From Alphaproteobacteria bacterium (GTDB lineage: Bacteria > Pseudomonadota > Alphaproteobacteria > UBA7887): 64,000 nucleotides of DNA. Where the stretch lies: assembly GCA_965216755.1 (NCBI GenBank), contig CBDCGL010000011.1:4192001-4256000 (forward strand), given 5' to 3'. The notes beneath the pieces were generated by a model. It was not told the origin of the DNA, did not search any database, and worked only from the letters and a program-made list of their open reading frames with translations. Shown here piece after piece: positions 20,176-29,150 of this stretch. A program made the position numbers and the translations under genes. Numbering within the stretch: position 1 is the stretch's first letter; each line of letters opens with the position of its first letter.

Positions 20176-21237
20176 TTAGTTTAGCCAACGACCCAAGTTG
20201 TCGGCGACAAAGGCGTCGTCGTTCAGGTCGGGATAAGCCCCGCAGACCCGAGTGATTTCCTCGCCCTGACCTGGACTGAGTGTTTCATCAGGGTCCAAGC
20301 ACCAAATGCCATCCAACAGCCCTTGTCGGCGCAGTATCTCATGGCATCCTGCGATACAGCCGCGAAAATTGTTGCGGACATCGAAAATCGCGCCGTTGGC
20401 ATCGGTCCAGCGGCTGTCCAGAGCGAGCAGGTCGCCATCGATCCGACCCGTGTCAACGGCGCCGTGCAGGCGTTCCAGCAGTGCGACGGCGCTGTGGGTC
20501 CAGACACCCCACTGGCCAAGCAGGCCACCGCGTATGCGGACACTGACGGGCCGCTGATTCCGCATCGTGACAAACGGCGTCAGCAAGTCCAGTACAATAT
20601 GGTCGTCATTGCCGGTATAGAGACTGATGCGATCCTCGGCGCCCGCCTCGATGACCCCGCGCACGACATCGACTGTCCGATAGCGATTGAATGGCGCGAT
20701 CTTGATGGCAATCACATTGTCAATAGAGGCGAAGCGACGCCAAAACGAAACCGCCAATACAACGCCGCCCACCGCCGGCTGCAAATAGAAACCCACCAAC
20801 GGCATTGCCGCCGCAAGGCGCGCGCAATGATCGATCATGTCATCCTCGCTTGCGCCATGGAACGCTGCCATGCTGACCATGCCGGCATGGTAGCCGTGTG
20901 CACGCGCGATCTCGGCTTCGGCCAGCGCCTGCGCGGTGCGTCCAGCCAAACCGGCGATCATCAGCAGCGGGCGATCGGTCCACGCCGTCGCGGTTTCAGC
21001 AGCGTGGCGCAAGACCGTCTCGTAGAGACCGGCTTCCCGGATCGCGAACTGTGTGGCGTGCACGCCGACCGCCAAGCCACCGGCGCCGGCATCCAAGTAA
21101 TAGCGTGTCAGCGCCCGTTGCCGCCTTTCATCCAATTTGCGGTCAGCCGTCAGTGCCAAGGGATGCGCGGGAATGACCGTGCCGGCACGCAGCAGCACGC
21201 GCACCGACGCTGGGATGTTATCTATATTGAGTGGCAT
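20176..21237 (-). CDS. DHDPS-family class I aldolase/dehydratase
   Basis: VIPAHPLAL, GVHATQF, GFYLQ, Schiff-base Lys in AIKIAPF, YTGNDD. Confidence 0.88.
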   Translation of the reverse strand: MPLNIDNIPASVRVLLRAGTVIPAHPLALTADRKLDERRQRALTRYYLDAGAGGLAVGVHATQFAIREAGLYETVLRHAAETATAWTDRPLLMIAGLAGRTAQALAEAEIARAHGYHAGMVSMAAFHGASEDDMIDHCARLAAAMPLVGFYLQPAVGGVVLAVSFWRRFASIDNVIAIKIAPFNRYRTVDVVRGVIEAGAEDRISLYTGNDDHIVLDLLTPFVTMRNQRPVSVRIRGGLLGQWGVWTHSAVALLERLHGAVDTGRIDGDLLALDSRWTDANGAIFDVRNNFRGCIAGCHEILRRQGLLDGIWCLDPDETLSPGQGEEITRVCGAYPDLNDDAFVADNLGRWLN

Positions 21238-21325
21238 GGATCATCGATATTACGAAGTAACTGATTGGTTACTTTAGTGTGCGTGTATCGTGTCGTCAAG
21301 CTTAGCTCCAGCGATATCGAATCAA

Positions 21326-22216
21326 CTAGCCAAATTCTGGTCCGGCGACGGCAAAGGTCAATTCGGGCCGACCGGGAACCAAATCGGAATTGGTCATGCG
21401 CGCGAACTGTCGCACTGGCTCGAAACCCGCGCCGGCCAAATCGGTGTGCAACACGGTTTGTTGATCGCAAACATCGATGACAACCGAGCCATCGCACCGG
21501 GCCGCAGCCTCTCTCATAAGCGCTTGAGCGACCGGTGCCGACTCGGCGATCAGCGGTCCGATGTGCATGGCCCGGCGACCGTCGCGCGCGCAGGCCAACG
21601 CGACCACTTTTCCGTCGCGCGTGGCGACCATGGCTTGGGCAGGGCGGCGCCGACAGAAATCCGCGATGACGCGCCGGCGCGGTGCACCAAAGGCCAAGCC
21701 GTCGACAGCCACGGCTTGAGCCAAATGACTTTCCGACATCGGCGCCACGATTTCCGCCATGCCGGTCGGCAAAGGCGCGAAGTCCAACGCCTCGCTGTTT
21801 GCGCGCATACGAGTGAACGTCCACATCTCGCGAAACCCAAGCGGCCGATAGGTTGGTTGTCCCAGAGACGTCGCGTCCAGCACCGCTTTGCGGCGCCAGC
21901 GCGTCAAGCATTCGAGGCACTGTAAGACAAGCCGTGTTGCAATGCCGCGCCGGCGCCAACGGGCGCTCACCAGCACCATGCTGATCCATGCAAAATCGCT
22001 ACCGTAGGGCACCACCAGGGCGCTGGCGATTGCTGTACCGTCGGTTGCGAAAATGCCGAATCCGCCGCCAAGCCCCAGCATCAGACGCCAATCTGATACG
22101 GTCTGGTTCCAGCCGGCTTCGTCGGACAGTGCGATCAGACTGGCGGCGTCGGCGCCTGAGAGAGGCCGGTGAACAAAAGAGGCCGGCAGATCAGAATCGG
22201 CCGTCACGCGACTCAT
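21326..22216 (-). CDS. Two-domain GNAT acetyltransferase (YitH-like)
   Basis: GWNQT, WISMVLV...RRRGIA, LDATSLGQPTYRPLGF, HIGPLIA; start uncertain. Confidence 0.85.
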   Translation of the reverse strand: MSRVTADSDLPASFVHRPLSGADAASLIALSDEAGWNQTVSDWRLMLGLGGGFGIFATDGTAIASALVVPYGSDFAWISMVLVSARWRRRGIATRLVLQCLECLTRWRRKAVLDATSLGQPTYRPLGFREMWTFTRMRANSEALDFAPLPTGMAEIVAPMSESHLAQAVAVDGLAFGAPRRRVIADFCRRRPAQAMVATRDGKVVALACARDGRRAMHIGPLIAESAPVAQALMREAAARCDGSVVIDVCDQQTVLHTDLAGAGFEPVRQFARMTNSDLVPGRPELTFAVAGPEFG

Positions 22217-23228
22217 ACGCCGTCGGCTTGCCATAGCTGGGTCGGTCATGGGTGACCCAGTCGGCGGTCCATTCAATCAGACGCGCGGTGGCAACAATCG
22301 GATTGCCGAACATGCGCGCCGCGCGATCGCCGTTCATCACCCAGGCGCTGTCGGCTTCGGCATAGGCAAAAATCGGTGCGTTGCCGATTAGGGCGCCGAA
22401 AGCTTGGGCCAGGGCGCGGATACTGACGATTTCAGGAGACGTGATATTGAGCGGCGCGGTCGGCTGCGTGCAGTGGTTCAATGCCCGTAAGATCTGGCTG
22501 CTCGCATCGCCTTGCCAGATGATCGATACATGGCCGGTGGTCAAGTCGATAGGTTGCCGATCGCGCACTTTGCACGCGATTTCGTGGAACACGCCATACC
22601 GCATGTCGATGGCGTAGGCCAAACGAATGAGCCGACCGGCATTGCCGTAGCGCGCCGAGGCATGTTGGAACATGCGTTCGCGGCCAAGGCAGCCATTGGC
22701 ATATTCGCCGGGCGGTGCCGGCACAAGATCTTCGGTTGCGCCGCCGCCGGCCACCGGAGAAAACGGATAAACGCAGAGCGTTGAAAACGCGACGACCCGC
22801 GACCCGCGAAATATTTCCGCCACCATTGCCGGCACAAGCACATTCATGGCCCAGCTGAACGGCTCGTCACCGGTGGTCCCAAACTTGCGGCCCGCCATGA
22901 AAATGACGTTGGCAAGGCGCGGTAAGGCGGCGAGCTGATCTTGGTCCAGCAAATCGCAGGCGATCGTCTCAATGTTCCACGATTCCAACCGCGAGCGCAG
23001 CTGCGGATCCGTGAAGCGCGCGACGCCAACAACCCGCTTGTCGGGTGCGGCGCGCTTGGCCAGACGCGCCAGTGTCGGGCCGACCTTGCCGGCGACGCCG
23101 AGAATAAGCAGATCGCCATCCAACGTCGCCAGGTCGTCGATCAAGGCCTGGCTCGGCCGCGACAGCAACTCTTCCAGCGCATCGACGCTTTCGATTCGGT
23201 CCGGTAGCGTTTCGGCAGAAAGCAACAT
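22191..23228 (-). CDS. NAD-dependent epimerase/dehydratase (paralog B)
   Basis: LILGVAGKVG, FMAGRKFG, YAIDMRYGV. Confidence 0.88.
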   Translation of the reverse strand: MLLSAETLPDRIESVDALEELLSRPSQALIDDLATLDGDLLILGVAGKVGPTLARLAKRAAPDKRVVGVARFTDPQLRSRLESWNIETIACDLLDQDQLAALPRLANVIFMAGRKFGTTGDEPFSWAMNVLVPAMVAEIFRGSRVVAFSTLCVYPFSPVAGGGATEDLVPAPPGEYANGCLGRERMFQHASARYGNAGRLIRLAYAIDMRYGVFHEIACKVRDRQPIDLTTGHVSIIWQGDASSQILRALNHCTQPTAPLNITSPEIVSIRALAQAFGALIGNAPIFAYAEADSAWVMNGDRAARMFGNPIVATARLIEWTADWVTHDRPSYGKPTAYESRDGRF

Positions 23229-23230
23229 GG

Positions 23231-24262
23231 TCAAAACACGCCGTCGCGCACGGCGAAATGTGTTGGTTTGTCGATGGTCGCGCCGCCGCGCGCGATCCAA
23301 TCGGCGGTCCAATCGATCATGCGCCGCAGCGGCACGGATGGATAGCCGAATAACCGCGCGGCTTGGCTGGTGTTTACCAACCATGCATCGGTGGCTTCGC
23401 GGCCGCTCAAGACCGGCTCTTTGTCAAAGGCCGCGCCAAATACATGCGCCAGCCAACGCACCGACACCGTTTCCGGGCCGCTGATGTTCAGCGGCGCGAT
23501 CGGCGTTGTGCAGTGACCGAGCGCGCGCAAGGCTTGGCTCGCCGCATCGCCTTGCCAGATGACATTGACATGGCCCGTGGTGAGGTCCACCGGTCGACCT
23601 TCGAAGACCGCCTTGGCCACGTCGTGCAGCACGCCATACCGCATGTCGATGGCGTAGTTCAAACGCAGCAACCGCCCCGACGTTCCATGGCGTGCCGAGT
23701 GAAATTGGAAGAGTCGCTCGCGGGCGACGCACGACCATCCATAGTCGCCGGGTGGCGGTTCGAGTGCTGTGGCTTCGGTCGCACCGCCACTCCCAACATC
23801 AACATACGGATAAACGCAACCGGTTGAAAAGGCGACGATGCGCGATTCGCGGAATGCGTTGGCGACCATTGCGGCAACCCGCGCGTTTGTCGCCCATGTT
23901 TCGCCAGGGCCTTGAGCCGAACCGAATTTCCGCCCCGCCATGAAGATGACGTTTGCCACTTTCGGCAGCGATCGCAATTGTTCGCCATCGGCAAGATCGC
24001 ACACGATAGTCTCGATTCCGGACTCCTCCAGGGCGCTCCGGGTTCGTCCGTCCGTGAACCGGGCAACGCCCAACACATGCTTGCGCGGCGCCGCCTGCTT
24101 TGCCAATTGCGCCAATGTCGGTCCGATTTTGCCGCCGACGCCGAGGATCAGAATGTCGCCGTCGATCGCGTCTAGCTCGGCGGTCAAGGTCGACGATGGC
24201 CGGGACAGAACCCGATCCAGTTCCACTTCGGATTTCAGTGTGTCGGGCAGGGCATCTGTCAT
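23231..24262 (-). CDS. NAD-dependent epimerase/dehydratase (paralog A)
   Basis: LILGVGGKIG, FMAGRKFG, LNYAIDMRYGV. Confidence 0.88.
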   Translation of the reverse strand: MTDALPDTLKSEVELDRVLSRPSSTLTAELDAIDGDILILGVGGKIGPTLAQLAKQAAPRKHVLGVARFTDGRTRSALEESGIETIVCDLADGEQLRSLPKVANVIFMAGRKFGSAQGPGETWATNARVAAMVANAFRESRIVAFSTGCVYPYVDVGSGGATEATALEPPPGDYGWSCVARERLFQFHSARHGTSGRLLRLNYAIDMRYGVLHDVAKAVFEGRPVDLTTGHVNVIWQGDAASQALRALGHCTTPIAPLNISGPETVSVRWLAHVFGAAFDKEPVLSGREATDAWLVNTSQAARLFGYPSVPLRRMIDWTADWIARGGATIDKPTHFAVRDGVF

Positions 24263-24633
24263 CGTCGGGTGTCTGCGCGTTATGTGGCTGTTCTGGTCGA
24301 CATAACACCATAAGCGATCGTGTGCATGACGATTTTTGAAATCCCGGCGCAGCTTCAGGTGGAGAACCGCGCGCACTGACCAGCCGCGCCGTGTCATGCC
24401 TTCTTATTCTGGCGCCGATTGGCTGATATGGACCATTGACATGGTTGGGCCACGCTTACAAACTTGCCATATCCTGCCGCGTCAGTGGGATATGGGAAGT
24501 CACGTGTACTGGTGCGGCGGCGGTGCAAATGCGATCTTGTTGTCGCTGTCTTGGCGTTAAAGAAGCAATGTCGGTCGTTCGGCTGAGATGGTTTTTGGGT
24601 CGCGTAAGTGAGGCTTGTTAGGGAGGATAATTT

Positions 24634-26448
24634 ATGATTGGGCGTAAGACACGGGGCATCGCCTACGGTCTCGCAGGCGCGAGCTTGCTGACCTTGGCCA
24701 TGGCTCTGCCCGCGACCGCACAAACGGTCACGACAGACGACGCTTTGTTGAATGCCGATGCGAACCCGGCGAACTGGGTGACCGTCGCGCAGAATTACAA
24801 ATCGCATCGTTATTCGGCTCTCGATGAAATCAACAAGGATAACGTTGGTGACTTGAAACTGGCCTATGCGCTGTCACTTGGTGGATCCGACGGCGGCGGT
24901 TTCTGGCAATATGGCAATATCGAAGGCACGCCGCTGGTCGAAGACGGCATTATGTATATGCCCAACGGCTGGAGCGAGCTGTTCAAGATCGACTTGCGTA
25001 AAGCCGGTCAAGGCCCGGACATGGTCGAATGGATCTTTGATCCGGCGGTCGATAAGGACTGGGCGGGCAACGTGACCTGCTGCGCGATCAACAATCGCGG
25101 TGTCGGCTTATATCAAGACGGCGTCATCATCAGCACTCTGGATGGCCGGATGATCCGCGTTTCCAAGGACACCGGTGAGGCTGTTTGGGAAACGCAATTG
25201 GCAGATCCGGCGATTGCCGAAACCGTCACGGTCGCCCCGCTGATCGTCAAGAATATGGGCATTACTGGTGTTTCGGGCGCTGAATACGGCATTCGTGGTT
25301 GGATCGCCGCCGTTGATTTGGACTCCGGCAAAGAAAAGTGGCGCCGTTACACGGTACCTGGGCCGGGCGAAGCTGGCTTTGACACCTGGAAAGACGACTA
25401 CGACGCCTGGATGACCGGCGGTGGTTCATCCTGGCAGACCGGTTCGTACGATCCAGATCTCAATTTGGTCTATTGGGGCGTCGGCAATCCGGGCCCCGAC
25501 TGGGACAATGACTATCGTCCCGGCGATAACCTCTACACCAGCGGCATGATTGCGGTTAACGCCGACACCGGTGAGATCGAGTTCCACTTCCAGTACACGC
25601 CCAACGATCCGTATGACTATGACGGCATCAATGAGCAGGTTCTGGTTGACGCGGTTGTTGGCGGTGAAGAGCGTAAAGCGATCATCCACGCCGACCGTAA
25701 TGGCTTCTTCTATGCCATCGATCGCAGTGACGGCAAATTTATCTACGGTCTGCCGTTCGTGAAAGAGGTCAACTGGACCCGTGGTCTGGACAAGGTCACC
25801 GGCTTGCCGCTCGACTATGACGCCAGCCGCGACGTTCAGGTTTACATCGCCGAACGGACGCCGAATCGGACCAACAAGTCGGCCACGTTCTGCCCGAACC
25901 TGATGGGTGGCAAGAACTGGATGCCGATTTCCTACAGTCCGAAGACCAACATGGCCTATGTGCCGACCATTGAAAGTTGCATCACGGTCAATAACGAGGA
26001 AGAAGTTCCGGGTCCGGACGGCTCCTACGTGTTGCGTGAGTGGTTCTCGGGCGGCATGCCGGATGTGACCACTGCCCAAGGTTCCGATGGCAGTGATCTG
26101 GCCGGTAGCCTGACCGCGATCGATATCGCCAATGGCCGTATCGTGCGCAAAGTCGACACCCGTTATCCGCTGATGGCCGGCGTTCTGTCGACCGGTGGTG
26201 GTTTGGTGTTTGTCGCACAGCACGAAGGCAAATTCTGCGCCTTTGACGACGAGTCACTCGATGAACTGTGGTGCTTCCACACCAATACGCTGATGGACGC
26301 GCCGACCATGAGCTTCGGCGTTGACGGCAAGCAATATATCGCCGTTGCGTCCGGCGGCTGGGGCACCGTTCCGACTTACTTTGCCCCGTCGGTTCCGGGT
26401 CTTGAGAAGGTCAAGCCTGGCAACATCCTGTGGGTATTCGCGCTCTAA
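24634..26448 (+). CDS. Periplasmic PQQ-dependent alcohol dehydrogenase-family protein, lanthanide-type active site
   Basis: Signal peptide, vicinal CC (TCCAINNRG), SGAEYG, GVGNPGP, TPNDPYDYDGINE, HADRNGF, CPNLMGGKNW; strong RBS GGGAGGA. Confidence 0.92.
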   Translation: MIGRKTRGIAYGLAGASLLTLAMALPATAQTVTTDDALLNADANPANWVTVAQNYKSHRYSALDEINKDNVGDLKLAYALSLGGSDGGGFWQYGNIEGTPLVEDGIMYMPNGWSELFKIDLRKAGQGPDMVEWIFDPAVDKDWAGNVTCCAINNRGVGLYQDGVIISTLDGRMIRVSKDTGEAVWETQLADPAIAETVTVAPLIVKNMGITGVSGAEYGIRGWIAAVDLDSGKEKWRRYTVPGPGEAGFDTWKDDYDAWMTGGGSSWQTGSYDPDLNLVYWGVGNPGPDWDNDYRPGDNLYTSGMIAVNADTGEIEFHFQYTPNDPYDYDGINEQVLVDAVVGGEERKAIIHADRNGFFYAIDRSDGKFIYGLPFVKEVNWTRGLDKVTGLPLDYDASRDVQVYIAERTPNRTNKSATFCPNLMGGKNWMPISYSPKTNMAYVPTIESCITVNNEEEVPGPDGSYVLREWFSGGMPDVTTAQGSDGSDLAGSLTAIDIANGRIVRKVDTRYPLMAGVLSTGGGLVFVAQHEGKFCAFDDESLDELWCFHTNTLMDAPTMSFGVDGKQYIAVASGGWGTVPTYFAPSVPGLEKVKPGNILWVFAL

Positions 26449-26507
26449 GGAACGGACTTGACTCGCGGCGTCGCGCGAAAGCGGCGTAGCGGGTCACGAC
26501 GGTCAAC

Positions 26508-26546
26508 AAAAAGGGGCGGTCTCAATCGGGGCCGCCCTACTTTTTT
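26508..26546 (+). terminator. Rho-independent terminator, possibly bidirectional
   Basis: AAAAA-G-GGGCGGTC...GGCCGCCC-TAC-TTTTTT downstream of the PQQ dehydrogenase. Confidence 0.7.
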
Positions 26547-26559
26547 GTTCGTTGTCCGG

Positions 26560-26653
26560 AGTTATGGTGACGGTTTACTAAATGTACTATTTGTTGTGTG
26601 TTTGTGCGACATGGCGCAACATATGGTGTATTTAGTAAACTGTCACCGTAATT
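26560..26653 (+). other. Long AT-rich hairpin (31 bp + 8 bp stem)
   Basis: 26560-26590 pairs with 26623-26653 and 26592-26599 with 26614-26621; eight G-T pairs, one T/T mismatch. Confidence 0.75.
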
Positions 26654-26663
26654 GGAAACGGCC

Positions 26664-27326
26664 CTAACTGCTGTCGGCCTTTCGCCACACCTCGAAGCGC
26701 GTCGCGCTGACCATTTCGGGGCCATCTTCACCAAACGTGCGATAGAAATTTGTCCACAGTTCGACGGTGCGATTGCCCAGATCCTTGCGGCAATGGTCGT
26801 TCATGTAGACGCCGCCGATCGGTTGCGCCTCGCCCGATGGCGGCTCGGTTTCGCATGTCCAACCGCCTTGTCCAAATCGAAACTTGACGATGCGGCCCAG
26901 CTGCCGGGCGCGGCGCTTGTGATACTCCCGCTCGCCTGGATCGGTCACCGCGCGCAGAGCCTCGACGACGCCACCATCAGTAAACAGCAAAGACAAGATA
27001 ATCGGATGGCCTGCGACCGCCGTTCCTTCGAGGTCTTCGTATACGACCTCCGAGTCATCATACTGGAACGCCACTTCGTGAAGCCCGTGTTGGTCTTTGG
27101 GGCAGGCGGCGAAATCCGCCCATCCGGCGATCGGTTCGCCGGGCGCGCTGCCATTGTTGCCACAGGCGAAATTCAGATATCCTTCTTTAGGTAGCTCCGC
27201 AACTGTTAGTCCAGTTGTAAACATGCGAATATCGCCCTGTGCCGGGGCTTCGCCGATGTCCGCGGTGGTCGCCATCAGCGCCGCTGCACAGGCTATCCCG
27301 GCGCGTCTGCCCCATATTTTCGCCAT
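26664..27326 (-). CDS. Exported hypothetical protein with four Cys in the mature region
   Basis: Signal peptide; FACGNNG, FAACP, WTCE, DHCRK; normal codon usage and RBS. Confidence 0.75.
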   Translation of the reverse strand: MAKIWGRRAGIACAAALMATTADIGEAPAQGDIRMFTTGLTVAELPKEGYLNFACGNNGSAPGEPIAGWADFAACPKDQHGLHEVAFQYDDSEVVYEDLEGTAVAGHPIILSLLFTDGGVVEALRAVTDPGEREYHKRRARQLGRIVKFRFGQGGWTCETEPPSGEAQPIGGVYMNDHCRKDLGNRTVELWTNFYRTFGEDGPEMVSATRFEVWRKADSS

Positions 27327-27389
27327 GCCTGCTTCTCCTGTCGATGGCTCTATTTCTTTTTGGTTTGTGCCGGCTCCGAAATCTTGGCG

Positions 27390-27734
27390 TTATTCTTTGC
27401 TCAGACTGAGTATGTAGCCGACGACATTATCGAGATCCGTCCCTTTCAATTCAAAGGACTCGTCCGGCCAGTGCGGCACCGCCAACGCCGCTTTCAAGGG
27501 TTCCAAAGCTTGCAAAGCCGGGTCCCCAGCAATCATCACGAGAGAAAGGGCCGGCGTTGCTGTGTCGCTTGCCGCAGTTTGTCTAGCCGGTTTGATGCCC
27601 GGGGCTTCGTGGCAGGAAATACAGCGTTCCGCCACCAAACCCTTGGCGGCGTCGATATCGGCCGACATGAACGCCATGACGCTCGACGTGCACAACATAA
27701 GGCAGCCCCATCCGCCAATCAACACCCGCGGCAT
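27390..27734 (-). CDS. Small monoheme c-type cytochrome
   Basis: Signal peptide, CISCH, C-terminal VVGYILSL helix; RBS AGGAGG. Confidence 0.8.
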   Translation of the reverse strand: MPRVLIGGWGCLMLCTSSVMAFMSADIDAAKGLVAERCISCHEAPGIKPARQTAASDTATPALSLVMIAGDPALQALEPLKAALAVPHWPDESFELKGTDLDNVVGYILSLSKE

Positions 27735-27843
27735 GTCGGCCTCCTGTTGGTTTTCTTGACGCGGCATCGACCATCGCCACGACACCGCTGGACATGGGCG
27801 CGACTGGCCGTGGAAACAAGGGCCGTGGCGCACTGTTCCGCCA

Positions 27844-28368
27844 TCAGTTTTCGGGCTCGGGCGTCCACGAATCAGCCCGTTGTTCTGCTTTGGCGATTTC
27901 CTCCGCAGTTAGAAACTCACGCAATACCTCTAGATGTCCTTCCGCGCCGGTTCGACCCTGCCGGCTGGCAATCAAGAACCATTTGTAGGATTCGACAAAG
28001 TCCTGTTTGACGCCAAACCCCTCATCCAGCATGAAGCCAAGATTTGTCATCGCCTCTGCAAAGCCCTGTTCGGCGGCGCGCCGATACCATTTGACAGCTT
28101 CGACGTGACTCGCGGGAACCCCGCGGCCCTTGCGGTACATGAACCCGATGTTGTTTTGCGCTTGCGGATCGCCGGCCTTCGCCAGCGGCAGCCAAGCGTT
28201 GAAAGCCGTTTCATAGTCGCGCTTGGCGTAGGCTTCGTTGCCGGCCTCGAATTCGCCGGCTGCCCAGGTCGGCGTGCTAAGCAGCACGATTCCGATCGCC
28301 ACGTTTATTGCTGGCCCGGCAATCCAATGGACAAGCTTCATGGTCAGAATGATCATCCTTCCTCTCAC
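27844..28368 (-). CDS. Sel1-repeat periplasmic protein
   Basis: GDPQAQNNIGFMYRKGRGV, AVKWYRRAAEQG; start may be up to 27 nt shorter. Confidence 0.88.
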   Translation of the reverse strand: MRGRMIILTMKLVHWIAGPAINVAIGIVLLSTPTWAAGEFEAGNEAYAKRDYETAFNAWLPLAKAGDPQAQNNIGFMYRKGRGVPASHVEAVKWYRRAAEQGFAEAMTNLGFMLDEGFGVKQDFVESYKWFLIASRQGRTGAEGHLEVLREFLTAEEIAKAEQRADSWTPEPEN

Positions 28369-28371
28369 GAC

Positions 28372-28929
28372 TCAGTGGCCGCCACCGCCGCCACCACCAC
28401 CAGCGGATTCAAGGTCGCGGCACATGCGGGATTTGCCAAAGAAGATCGCACAATCGCTTTGTAACAGCGCGTTATCCCGACCCTCGAAATGATCGATAAT
28501 AAACGAGGCGACGTTGGAAATCTGCCGGGCCGATAATAGGTTCCGAGACTTCCCAGGCATATCATCCGCGCCTAAATCTTCCTTGGTGAGGCCTTCGTAG
28601 CATTCGTAAGCTTCGTACGCTTCCTTGCGATGGTATGGCATGCCGGTCGCGGGCCGGCCGCAGGCGATGACCTCAATCAGTTGCTTTTTTGTCAGGAAAT
28701 TTTCGCGGAAGTTGATTGGTGTGCCGCCGTATCCGGGGCCACCCATACCGTGCCATTTGTGGCATACAATGCATCCCGACTTTTTGTATACCGATGCGCC
28801 TGGATGTCCCGCTTGCGGTTGCGCAAATGCCAAATGACTCAATCCGACCGACAATGTTACAAATGCTGCGACGCTCAGGGATAGTAAATGCCAAGTTGGC
28901 CGCGTTCTTGGCCACTTTCCATTATTCAC
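28372..28929 (-). CDS. Monoheme c-type cytochrome with extra cysteines
   Basis: CIVCHKWHG, GRPATGMP axial Met, four additional Cys, Gly7-His C-terminus. Confidence 0.88.
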   Translation of the reverse strand: MNNGKWPRTRPTWHLLSLSVAAFVTLSVGLSHLAFAQPQAGHPGASVYKKSGCIVCHKWHGMGGPGYGGTPINFRENFLTKKQLIEVIACGRPATGMPYHRKEAYEAYECYEGLTKEDLGADDMPGKSRNLLSARQISNVASFIIDHFEGRDNALLQSDCAIFFGKSRMCRDLESAGGGGGGGGH

Positions 28930-29150
28930 GTTTCTTCTCCCTCCAAGCTCTTTTTATTATCTTAAGCCCTGATAGAGCCCACGACCTGTGCCGAAACGTC
29001 ATACCACAGGTCGTGACGCAGCCGAAATAAGGCCCCATTACGTCTAACCCCCGCGCGTTCGCGTCCAGGGTCGGATTCTGGCTGCAATATTACTGGTGGC
29101 ACCGCGGTTCGCAAGATTCAAGGCCTTCGGCAACGATGCTGCCGGCCCAA

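Noticed and set aside
24551-24567. Sigma-54 promoter before the PQQ dehydrogenase
   Set aside because: GG-N10-GC spacing fits but the -12 element is AAGC rather than TTGC; too weak.
24634-26448. Naming the gene xoxF, mxaF or exaF
   Set aside because: Motif context is divergent and no xoxJ or mxaI is adjacent; needs a phylogeny.
26560-26653. Integron attC site
   Set aside because: No RYYYAAC/GTTRRRY ends in the right order, no extrahelical bases, no integrase or cassette array.
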